A stretch of DNA of 64,000 nucleotides from Escherichia coli (GCA_963630675.1 CAVGNR010000010.1:15685-79684), one strand, 5' to 3'. Shown: positions 20,043-28,692, numbered from the stretch's first letter. Notes: generated from the letters alone by a model not told the origin. Numbers and translations: made by a program.

Positions 20043-21293
20043 CTAGGATTTTATGGAATCTGGATCGATAAGGAATTCCTTCAAACCTAGGAAGAGAGTT
20101 CCCTTATCGTCTTTCCATTTCTTGATGTTATTTCTTACGACGATGATCTTTTTGAAACTGTCGTTGATGTGTAGCAATGATTTTTCTTCCTGCTCTCTTT
20201 TTCCTTTTTCGTCGATAGTAAGTGCAGATTGTATGTAATATCTTTCATATCCGAGATTACAAACAAAATCGACTTCCAGGTTCTTTCTTACATAGTTGTT
20301 GTTCTCATTCTTTTCGCCGATTGTTACAACGCCGACGTCTACTTTATATCCACGGATTATTAGTTCGTTGAAGATAATGTTTTCCATGATGTGATTTTCT
20401 TCTTGCTGCCTAAATCCCAGCCTTGCGTTTCTTAGCCCGATATCGGTGAAATAATATTTTAAGGGAGTGTCTATATATTTCTTTCCTTTGACGTCGTACC
20501 GATACGCTTTCTGTAGCAAAAAAGAGTCGACGCAACAATCCAAATACTGTTTTATCGTGTTGGGCGCCACATCGATGTTTTTAATGGATTTGAATGAATT
20601 TGATAGCTTGTTTGGATTCGTCAATGACCCGACGCTTGAAGAGACGATGTTCAAAACATCTTCTAGAACTTCGGTGTTCCTGATGTTGTTACGATTGACG
20701 ATGTCTTTAATATAGGTCTCAGTGAATAGATTTTCTAAATAATTGATCTTTTGTTCGTCACTCTTGCAGGTTAAAAGGTAAGGCAACCCCCCAAACATAG
20801 AATATTCATTCCACGCGTCATCAAAATCCATTTTGCAATAATCGAAATATTCTTTGAAAGACAGTGGTGATAGGTAGATTTGATCACCTCTTCCTCTAAA
20901 TTCCGTGATAATGTCTGAAGAAAGGAATTTTGCGTTGCTTCCTGTCACATACACATCGACATTTTTAATGTGGAGGAAAGAATTCAGGACGCTTTCAAAG
21001 TCGTGAACAAACTGTACCTCGTCTAAAAGAATATAGTATTTACCATTGTCAATAATTTGATTACGGACGTATTCATATAAATAATCCGGATTTTGGAATT
21101 TGATGTTTGATCTGTCGTCTAACTGTAAGGCGATTATATGGGATTTATCGACGTCGTTTTCTAGTAGATAGTTATAGAATATTTCGAATAAAAGGTATGA
21201 TTTACCGCATCTTCTGATACCAGTGATTACTTTTATCATCCCGTTGCCCATTCGGTCGATGAGCTTTTTTAGATAATCATTTCTTTTAATCAT
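20043..21293 (-). CDS. AAA+ ATPase with DUF4143-type C-terminal domain
   Basis: Walker A GIRRCGKS, Walker B ILLDEVQ, C-terminal EVDFVC. Confidence 0.85.
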   Translation of the reverse strand: MIKRNDYLKKLIDRMGNGMIKVITGIRRCGKSYLLFEIFYNYLLENDVDKSHIIALQLDDRSNIKFQNPDYLYEYVRNQIIDNGKYYILLDEVQFVHDFESVLNSFLHIKNVDVYVTGSNAKFLSSDIITEFRGRGDQIYLSPLSFKEYFDYCKMDFDDAWNEYSMFGGLPYLLTCKSDEQKINYLENLFTETYIKDIVNRNNIRNTEVLEDVLNIVSSSVGSLTNPNKLSNSFKSIKNIDVAPNTIKQYLDCCVDSFLLQKAYRYDVKGKKYIDTPLKYYFTDIGLRNARLGFRQQEENHIMENIIFNELIIRGYKVDVGVVTIGEKNENNNYVRKNLEVDFVCNLGYERYYIQSALTIDEKGKREQEEKSLLHINDSFKKIIVVRNNIKKWKDDKGTLFLGLKEFLIDPDSIKS

Positions 21294-21300
21294 GGCCTTC

Positions 21301-21330
21301 TCCTAACTAAAATCTTTGCAAGTTCTTGCA
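21301..21330. repeat. 30-bp direct repeat, upstream copy abutting the RBS of the 20043-21293 ATPase
   Basis: TCCTAACTAAAATCTTTGCAAGTTCTTGCA. The TCCT end is part of the minus-strand AGGAGAAGG RBS. Confidence 0.85.
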
Positions 21331-21379
21331 TAAATATTATACAGCATGACGTTGACAGTAACGATTAATAAATAAAATT

Positions 21380-21395
21380 TTTGCAAGTTCTTGCA
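21380..21395. promoter_or_regulatory. third copy of the word TTTGCAAGTTCTTGCA
   Basis: Exact 16-mer, 65 bp from the copy at 21315-21330. Confidence 0.55.
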
Positions 21396-21617
21396 TTTTT
21401 TTAACCAAAAAGCCGTCTAATCCAAAGAACGCCGCAAAAAACTGTTTTGAAAGTGCCTAAATCTTCGATTGACCTTGGATTTCTTATTTACTAGATTTGG
21501 TTTGAGGACGATGTTCTTGTTCAAGGGCGTTATAACCGCCATACAAAGCATGATTCCTTGTTGATTTGAAAAAAACAACGCTCTTGCGGAAATATGTCTT
21601 GAAATGGTACGCAAAAC

Positions 21618-21711
21618 TGTTCATTTGTAGTGAACAATATTGCTAAATAGTGAAAAAGTGTTCAGTAGTAGTGAACAATAATGTTGTATAGAGACAAAGT
21701 GTTCAGTAAAA
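21618..21711. repeat. three GTTCA-N7-TGAAC-type words at 41-bp spacing with no intact gene attached
   Basis: TGTTCATTTGTAGTGAACAATA (21618), TGTTCAGTAGTAGTGAACAATA (21659), TGTTCAGTAAAA (21700). The first overlaps the ATG of a 46-aa minus-strand ORF (21484-21624). Confidence 0.6.
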
Positions 21712-22003
21712 TTTTGACTTTGCTAAGCCGAAGGTTCGTTCATGAAATGCTTTGTTCCATTTCGATAGCAAAAACATCTTGCTTAATATCTTACTTAAAA
21801 AAGAAGCTAAATCGTTGATAGATTTACAAGTCTTTTATCATCGCCTTTATGAACAAACTGTGTCTGCTAGGTAAATCTTTATTCTCCAAACAAAGGGCTA
21901 TGAGAGCCAGTTCTAGCTAATGTCAGGATAAGCTCGCCATTCACAGCTCTTAAAAATGAGAAACCAATCCCACTTTCTAAGCATCACACACATAAAAATG
22001 GTA

Positions 22004-22054
22004 CTCTCTTACAAAAACTCGCTCATTTTTTAGTAATTATTGATTAAAACTCGC
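22004..22054. repeat. two copies of AAAACTCGCTCATTTTTTA, 32 bp apart, with no intact gene attached
   Basis: Exact 19-mers at 22004 and 22036. The reverse complement reads AAAAATGAGCGAGTTTT, which is a start codon followed by an early stop. Confidence 0.6.
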
Positions 22055-22211
22055 TCATTTTTTATACAAAGACTAGAGTTTATCTTTATAGTTTTTGCGG
22101 GCTTATCATTCGTTATGGTGGTGAGCAGCAAAATTATTTGGATGAAGTTAAAAAACGGCGTCGATATTAACAAAGACCATATTGGAATTGAATGCGAATT
22201 AAAAGGAACCG

Positions 22212-23501
22212 CTAGTCTTTTAGACAACCAATAGGAATGACAAAAACGCCATCCTCTCTTCGATAACCATATTCGGTTCCAGTGATGACAATCTTCAAAT
22301 CAGGGAGTCTCAATGGCATTTGTTTTTCTTTTTCGTTGTATTCTTTGATCAATCTTTCGATTTCACAGAGATGCTTTGCGCCTTCGTCGATTTCACTTGA
22401 ACCTAACTTGAATTCGAGCAAAGCATATCTTCCGTCTTTCAAATGCAACACGCCGTCAGCTTCTAATCCGTATCTGTCATGATAATAAGACATTTCCCCA
22501 CGCATCTTAGAAGAATATATTTTCAGATCTCTTATGCATAATGATTCAAATAGAAAACCGAGTGTTTTGAAATCGGTGTAAAAGTATTCAGGCGATATTC
22601 CAAGAGAAGCGACAGCGATTGATGGATCTATCAAATTTCTTTTTTTACCGGACCTTATCGCTGTTTTGGATCTGATTGCAGGACACCACGGATTGATATC
22701 TTCTATGATATAAAGTTTTTCTAATGCTTCAATGTAATTGCTGATGCTTTTATCGGACGTATCATTTGTTGATTTGACATCCTGATAGATAGTTTTATAG
22801 TCGCATAGTGTACAGATGTTTCTTGAATAGGATCTTAAAATCGCATTTGTCAACTTAGGGCTCCTATTTGCATCATCAATGGACGAGATATCTTTGTTGC
22901 AAATCTGGTATACCAAATCATCGGCAACATCTAATTTGTTGTTTTCATTTTTGATTTTAAAACAGGCTGGCCATCCGCCTCTACAGATTGCAAAGATAAG
23001 CTCTTTTATTGTCAAATTGGAAATACATCCCTTGAAAGAATTCGGATTATCAAATAATTCCATCAGTGAAACTGAACCGTTGGATTCTTCGGATTCATAT
23101 AAACTCAGAGGGTACATTTTCATTGTGCTGATACGCATCGTGCCGGTGTGAGAGACTTGGACATTCTTTGATGTTGAACCAGTCAGAATATATAAACCTG
23201 TTTTCTGCTCGTCATCAACTGACTTACGAATTGCACCCCATATTTTAGGAGCATCTTGCCACTCATCGAACAGCCGAGGTTTGTCGCCGATTAAAAGCAT
23301 GCTCGGTGCATCTTTTGCTGTGCTCAAATATTGGTCCCTTTTTTCTTCATCTTGAAATTCGATAACGCTTTTTGATTGCTGTTTTGCTGTTGTTGTTTTT
23401 CCACATCCCTTAGGGCCGATAATCAGTACTGCTCCGAATGCGTTCAATTTGTCTTTTAAAAGACTGTCCGCGATTCTTGCTTTATATTTCATATACCTCA
23501 C
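22212..23501 (-). CDS. AAA+ ATPase with DUF4143-type C-terminal domain
   Basis: Walker A GPKGCGKT, Walker B RLFDEWQ, C-terminal EADGVL...LLEFKLGS. Confidence 0.85.
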   Translation of the reverse strand: MRYMKYKARIADSLLKDKLNAFGAVLIIGPKGCGKTTTAKQQSKSVIEFQDEEKRDQYLSTAKDAPSMLLIGDKPRLFDEWQDAPKIWGAIRKSVDDEQKTGLYILTGSTSKNVQVSHTGTMRISTMKMYPLSLYESEESNGSVSLMELFDNPNSFKGCISNLTIKELIFAICRGGWPACFKIKNENNKLDVADDLVYQICNKDISSIDDANRSPKLTNAILRSYSRNICTLCDYKTIYQDVKSTNDTSDKSISNYIEALEKLYIIEDINPWCPAIRSKTAIRSGKKRNLIDPSIAVASLGISPEYFYTDFKTLGFLFESLCIRDLKIYSSKMRGEMSYYHDRYGLEADGVLHLKDGRYALLEFKLGSSEIDEGAKHLCEIERLIKEYNEKEKQMPLRLPDLKIVITGTEYGYRREDGVFVIPIGCLKD

Positions 23502-23532
23502 CTCGTTAATATTGTAGCAATTCTAGCTTCCA

Positions 23533-23594
23533 TTTCCAATATTTGTGGCATTTCATTTCCAATATTTGCGGTATCTTGTTTCCAACTTTTGTGG
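23533..23594. promoter_or_regulatory. three copies of the word TTTCCAAYWTTTGYGG at exact 23-bp spacing upstream of the 22212-23501 ATPase
   Basis: Copies start at 23533, 23556 and 23579. Confidence 0.55.
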
Positions 23595-23618
23595 ATACGA
23601 AAGCACTTATTTATAGAC

Positions 23619-23813
23619 ATGGTCGTTCTCTTTGACAAAGAAAAGACAAGGGAATACTCCGGTATAACGAAAAACTTCTTTGACGAATATTTTAAGGACA
23701 GAAAGGTTGCTTACACTTACAAACTTGGGAAAATCAAAGTATACGATGAGCCAAAGACTTTAAAGGAATTTGGTTTAAGAGCTGCTCCTCAATCGTTTGC
23801 TTATGCAAAATAA
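23619..23813 (+). CDS. short ORF, probable remnant related to an internal segment of the 25705-28671 protein
   Basis: MVVLFDKEKTREY... parallels FIDMFVLFGEEKTKEY of the large protein. Nucleotides 23604-23657 resemble 26334-26388 (about 85% by eye). Confidence 0.35.
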   Translation: MVVLFDKEKTREYSGITKNFFDEYFKDRKVAYTYKLGKIKVYDEPKTLKEFGLRAAPQSFAYAK

Positions 23814-23891
23814 CTTTTGTCCTTTTAAAGAATTATTATTCGCACTTATAACAAAAGCCTCCGGTTCCCTGGAGGCAATCTATCTATTTGA

Positions 23892-23943
23892 TGCGCCTGG
23901 CAGGAATTCAACCTGTATGAGTTGCCTCATTAGATCCTAAGTC
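23892..23943 (-). repeat. decayed copy of the 3' half of tRNA-Leu (att-like direct repeat)
   Basis: 50/52 identical to 28747-28798. One mismatch destroys the T-loop (TTCAATT to TTGAATT) and CCA reads TCA. Weaker similarity continues over the adjacent terminator hairpin. Confidence 0.85.
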
Positions 23944-24308
23944 CTATATAGTCCTTTCTTTTCTTTGGAAGAGCAAAGTGCATCCGATCGGAACAGGACG
24001 GAAAATAGTGTATTGTTTCCAGTCAAAAACACGAAAAAGAATGCCAACAGCATGCGTATATTGTCTTTGCGGACGTGCTGTGGGTGGAAGCAGAGGGCTA
24101 TGACAAGCCTGCTTTTTGAGACCCGCCAAGTGACCGTGTTTCATCAGTCGGAACACCCTTTGTTCTTGAGAAAAATATAACAAAACAAAATGCGAATGCA
24201 AGGGGAAAAGAGCAAAGATTTCATTGAACTTTTTTGATGTTCGGATAGGGTTTTATTTAAGGGATTCGGGCACATCGATTTCTTAATAAAAATTATAAAA
24301 TTCGAACA

Positions 24309-25098
24309 CTATACTCGCTTTATTTCCACTGGTATTTCTTTATATTGTTCTTCATCTATCGCTTTCAGTATTCCGCATAAAGGGACGGGTTCATTCTTGT
24401 TTTTAATCATGGTGAGCCGGAACGGAAAATCTGGAGCTAATCCGCGACTGATTGAACGAAATAACCCATTATGAAACGAGCCGTCGTCTAACTCGATATT
24501 CTCCGCTTCGCCAGCCATCATCATGGAATCGCTTTTGCTTTTTACCGAAATTTCATTTAGTTTTTCATCCGTAAGAATTAGGAATCGTGTTATAGGTTCT
24601 AAATAAGTGATAGCTTTTATCTCTATTTCTGTATTTTTGCTTGAATATGTGATAATCGCACGAATGTTCTCGTATGTTTGAAAAGATGGGACAAAAGTAT
24701 TCTCACCTCTTATAACATCGATTATTTGTCTAATTCCGAATTCTAATCCTTTGCCGAAAATATCGATGTATAAATTTTGCATCAATAAATCGGGCATTAG
24801 GCAATCATCTAATTTGACTGGTACTAGTTTAATTTTGCTGTTAGTTGTTTTGTACAAAGCGTTCTGCCACTCAAGTTCTACCATTTTGCTTTGAAGACTG
24901 TTTTTCGAAACAAAAAAAGAAAAAGAAGTCACAGTCGAAAAGGCCTTTGTTCATTTTATCGATAATCCCCTCCCCAGGTTGTATCGACCAGGAATCATAA
25001 AAGACATTTTCTTTTCCGAAAACGTCTGCTAATCGTAATGCTATGGGCTCTACGACGATTTTGTCCTTGCAATTGTGGCTAATAAATATATGTGGCAT
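24309..25098 (-). pseudogene. Toll/interleukin-receptor (TIR) domain protein with an unassigned C-terminal domain, interrupted by a +1 slip in a T7 tract
   Basis: N-terminal ORF HIFISHNCKDK...SWSIQPGE...LFDCDFFFFF. The second frame continues VSKNSLQSKMVELEWQNA. Removing one A from the A7 run at 24912-24918 joins them into about 262 aa. Confidence 0.75.
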
Positions 25099-25369
25099 TT
25101 AAAATTTCCTTTCTTCAAACAAAAAAGTTTGATAATTCGTGCGATTCAATAATTAATTATATAGTACAGCATTTTATATAACACGGCATTGGCCATATCT
25201 CGGATCCTTGGAGAAACAATTTGCCTACTTTGGCACCCAATATCTATAAATGTCATCTTCATAGCCGGCAATAGGATTTCGGTTATTGAATGGTTTTTTA
25301 GAAAACAAAGCACGATAGTTTTTTGCTTAGCTACCATTTCGTTTTGTAGCAGTTGATAAGGGGGTTTTT

Positions 25370-25489
25370 ATGGATATCTATGAGAAATACAAAATCCACG
25401 TTATAAACGGGAGACGCTACTACGAGTGCAATGTGAATGAAAAAGCTTCCCTTTTTAGACAATACGACTCCCTATTATTTCAAATATAA
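25370..25489 (+). CDS. small ORF (39 aa) upstream of the metallophosphoesterase gene, possibly itself frameshifted
   Basis: RBS AAGGGGG lies 6 nt before the ATG. An adjacent out-of-frame segment continues KDIEIYDNRWMMLALRLSRKLDN. No recognisable family. Confidence 0.3.
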   Translation: MDIYEKYKIHVINGRRYYECNVNEKASLFRQYDSLLFQI

Positions 25490-25704
25490 GGATATAGAAA
25501 TCTACGATAACCGGTGGATGATGCTGGCTTTAAGATTATCCAGAAAATTAGATAACCGGCCTGATGAGGCGAGAGGACCCCGTTCCTAAATCTCCATAAA
25601 AAGAATGCAGAAGAAGGAGAATATTTCCCTTTTGCAGTATGATAGAACTTAGTTGGAATTCTATTCATAACGGAATGACAAAGGGCGTTCAGGAGGAGCG
25701 AATA

Positions 25705-28671
25705 ATGAATGGCCTGGATTTGATGAAAGTTGAAAAAGAATTATTTGAGACTGAAAAAGGTTTCGAAAATCTAAAACAAAGCCAACAAACCCTCTTTTTA
25801 AAATATTTAAAGAAGACGAATAAAACGAAAACCGTTTTATCCAAAAGGGGATACGACATCCTTTCGGATAAATTTTTCGCCCAAACATACACCTTAGAAA
25901 GAAATGATGAAGGCAAACTGTTGCCTGTTATGCATCATGAAATGTTTGCCACCTTTAAGGCATATTTTGATTATTTGGGCGGGGACATGTATACGAATTC
26001 CTGCTATTTCGGGTATGAATTCAGCGAAAAAGAAATTAAAGAATTCAATCTTCAAACAGAGCATTTGAATTTCGAATCGTTTATTGATTTTGATGTAGAC
26101 GATGCGAAAAACGAACTGATTCATGAACAAGAAAAGAGCGACCGCTCGACTACTAAATCTAGAAATGGGTTCCACAAATGGATTATGCAAGAGCATTCTG
26201 TAGATACTCCAGAAGAATTTGGCAAATTACTAAAAAAATATGACTACAGCAAAGGGGTTGCCTTTCTTTTGATAAAAAACGGCGATCAAAAGTTAAAAGA
26301 CGCAGCATATAAATGGTTTTGTGAATATCAATTCACTTGTTTTATAGACATGTTCGTTCTCTTTGGCGAGGAAAAGACGAAGGAATACATCGATGGATAC
26401 AATCCGATTAATTACGTTAAACAAACTATCTATCGAAAGAAACGGGAACTGAAGGATATGTTCGAGGCCTGGAAGAACGGGGAGGTGTATTCTGAAATCA
26501 AGGAGAAAGGCTATAACGAGGACATCGGAGTTTATTATGTTACAAGGAACTATAAAGCTCCCGGTTTTTTCTTTACTTCTTTCACGAAATATTTTCTTAC
26601 CTTCGGGGAGTTTGCTAAAGAAGTGAATTACGATTTAAAGGGCGCTTATTTATCGAAGGCCCCGCTTGATGAAATTTCTTTGAAGAATTGTATCGTTGAT
26701 GACACGACAAAATTACCAACCACTTCGGTCAAGGGAGAACCATCGTTTAGCATCGTTGGAAAACGTTATAGTGAGGAACATTTTTATGCGAGCGTCGAGA
26801 TGACTTATGGGAAAACCACGACGAGAAAAGACTATACTTTCGACTACATATGTGATTTCATCCATTTTTTGAAGAAAGACTTGTCAAATGCAGACTTATA
26901 TGACTGCAATAATATTTCACGCCTAAGTAAAATAACGGGTCTAAACGTTGAGCGAGCAAAAATGAAATTGGATGGCATTGAAGCTTTTAACTTGCAAAAA
27001 GAGAAGAATCTTATTCTCCCTTCTTTGCCTTGTGTCTCTTTCGAGGTAACAAAAGACAATGAACTAGAAACCCTTGGCCAATATAGATTGGTTTCAGCAG
27101 AGCAAAACGAATACACGCTCCCCGTATCTTATATGAGTGACATACATCTTACGCATAAATTATTGGCTCATTCTTGCAAGACGATATACGATGCGGAAGA
27201 AGAAATTCATGAACTCTCGAATGTTTTCTTTAATGGAACGCAAACTAAGATTTCTTTGTTTGCAGGCGACCTTACTGACAAATTCGATTTATATGAGAAA
27301 TTTTTGAAGCGTCCGAGTTTGTTTCGTCACAGGAATAAGTTTTTCTTCACCTTAGGGAATCACGAGCTTTGGGCTTTCCCGAATCAAAGTTTGGAAGAAA
27401 GAATAACCAAATACAGATGTCTTTTGGAAGATGAAGGCCTCAATCTTGTTCAAAACGATGTCTATTATTTTCCATCTGCTGACCTCTTTTTCTCAAGAGA
27501 TCCTATTAGGATTAGCGAACAAGAATTGAAGACTCTATCCTCTAATGAGCTTCATAAAAAACTGAGGGATGCCTCTCTCATTATTTTTGGAGGCATTGGT
27601 TTTGCTGGCGCCAATCCTACGTTTAACGCTACGAGCGGCATTTATCAAAACGTTTTGAGTAGAGAAGAAGAAATAGAGGAGACAAAAAAGTTCTGTGATT
27701 ATTACAAGAAAGTTATCGATGCGACAAAGGGAATGCATCTTATTGTGCTGACCCACATGCCAGTGAAGGATTGGCTTGGCGAAGAAAAATACGAGCCTGG
27801 AGTCTTATACGTTAATGGTCACACTCACAATAACTATAGATACGACGATGGGATAAAAAGAGTCTATTCAGATAACCAATCGGGATACATGTCTAAATCG
27901 ATTTCGTGGAAAGAAACTTCCACTGACTTTGGATTCGACTGGTTCAAAGATTATAAAGATGGCATTTATCCAATAAGCCTTGCTGATTACCGAGTGTATT
28001 ATCGTGGAATCAATGAGAGGATGAACCTCAAGAAAGAACCTGGGCAACTATATCTTTTAAAACGAGATGGCTTGTATATGTTCCTTTGCAAAGATGAAAA
28101 ACTGTATTTCATGCAAGGCGGGAAGAAGCTTAAATTAGAGAGCCAAGATGTTCATTATTATTACGAAAAGATGAGAATTTATGCACGTTCTATCAAACAA
28201 AGTCTTTCCGAATATGAATCGGCCCAAAATCGTATAGCAAGCGAAATCAAAAAGATTGGCGGTAGTGGTCTTATCCATGGTTGTATCATCGATATCGATT
28301 ATTTCAATCACATCTACCTTAACCCTCTTGATGGCAAGATAACGCCTTACTATGCGTCTTTCATGACCGCTAAAACAGCCTATCAAAATATCGTCAGTCT
28401 TCTAAGTGATAAATGTCCAACGTTGTATTTCAAATATCAAGCTCTCATTGACGGTACAAAAAGCAACTCATTAACGATTTTAGGCGATAATAAGATTTCA
28501 AAAAAGACGCATTTCGTAACGGATACCAAGATATATCGTATTTCTAGACTGATTAAACAACTTCAATTCATTGGGGACCATGGCTTGGTAAGACAATGGA
28601 ATGACGAGATTTCCAGTAAAGAGAACGAGTCTCTTATTTTGAGAGATATGCTTATCGGAGAAGAACAATAA
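25705..28671 (+). CDS. 988-aa multidomain protein with a central calcineurin-like metallophosphoesterase domain
   Basis: RBS AGGAGG lies 8 nt before ATG 25705. The five MPE motifs occur in order: SDIHL, AGDLTD, GNHELW, LTHMP, GHTHNN. The N-terminal ~480 aa carries three degenerate F-x2-F/Y...L-x2-D-L modules. The C-terminal ~260 aa is unassigned. Confidence 0.8.
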   Translation: MNGLDLMKVEKELFETEKGFENLKQSQQTLFLKYLKKTNKTKTVLSKRGYDILSDKFFAQTYTLERNDEGKLLPVMHHEMFATFKAYFDYLGGDMYTNSCYFGYEFSEKEIKEFNLQTEHLNFESFIDFDVDDAKNELIHEQEKSDRSTTKSRNGFHKWIMQEHSVDTPEEFGKLLKKYDYSKGVAFLLIKNGDQKLKDAAYKWFCEYQFTCFIDMFVLFGEEKTKEYIDGYNPINYVKQTIYRKKRELKDMFEAWKNGEVYSEIKEKGYNEDIGVYYVTRNYKAPGFFFTSFTKYFLTFGEFAKEVNYDLKGAYLSKAPLDEISLKNCIVDDTTKLPTTSVKGEPSFSIVGKRYSEEHFYASVEMTYGKTTTRKDYTFDYICDFIHFLKKDLSNADLYDCNNISRLSKITGLNVERAKMKLDGIEAFNLQKEKNLILPSLPCVSFEVTKDNELETLGQYRLVSAEQNEYTLPVSYMSDIHLTHKLLAHSCKTIYDAEEEIHELSNVFFNGTQTKISLFAGDLTDKFDLYEKFLKRPSLFRHRNKFFFTLGNHELWAFPNQSLEERITKYRCLLEDEGLNLVQNDVYYFPSADLFFSRDPIRISEQELKTLSSNELHKKLRDASLIIFGGIGFAGANPTFNATSGIYQNVLSREEEIEETKKFCDYYKKVIDATKGMHLIVLTHMPVKDWLGEEKYEPGVLYVNGHTHNNYRYDDGIKRVYSDNQSGYMSKSISWKETSTDFGFDWFKDYKDGIYPISLADYRVYYRGINERMNLKKEPGQLYLLKRDGLYMFLCKDEKLYFMQGGKKLKLESQDVHYYYEKMRIYARSIKQSLSEYESAQNRIASEIKKIGGSGLIHGCIIDIDYFNHIYLNPLDGKITPYYASFMTAKTAYQNIVSLLSDKCPTLYFKYQALIDGTKSNSLTILGDNKISKKTHFVTDTKIYRISRLIKQLQFIGDHGLVRQWNDEISSKENESLILRDMLIGEEQ

Positions 28672-28692
28672 GAATCAATACTCTCTTTTAAC

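Noticed and set aside
24075-24100. GGAAGCAG as SRP RNA domain IV
   Set aside because: The surrounding sequence lacks the GNAR tetraloop context (CCGGAAGGAAGCAGC) and the complementary 3' strand.
24130-24160. CUGAUGA on the minus strand as a hammerhead ribozyme core
   Set aside because: The required GAAA core element and the three-stem arrangement are not present in the flanking sequence.
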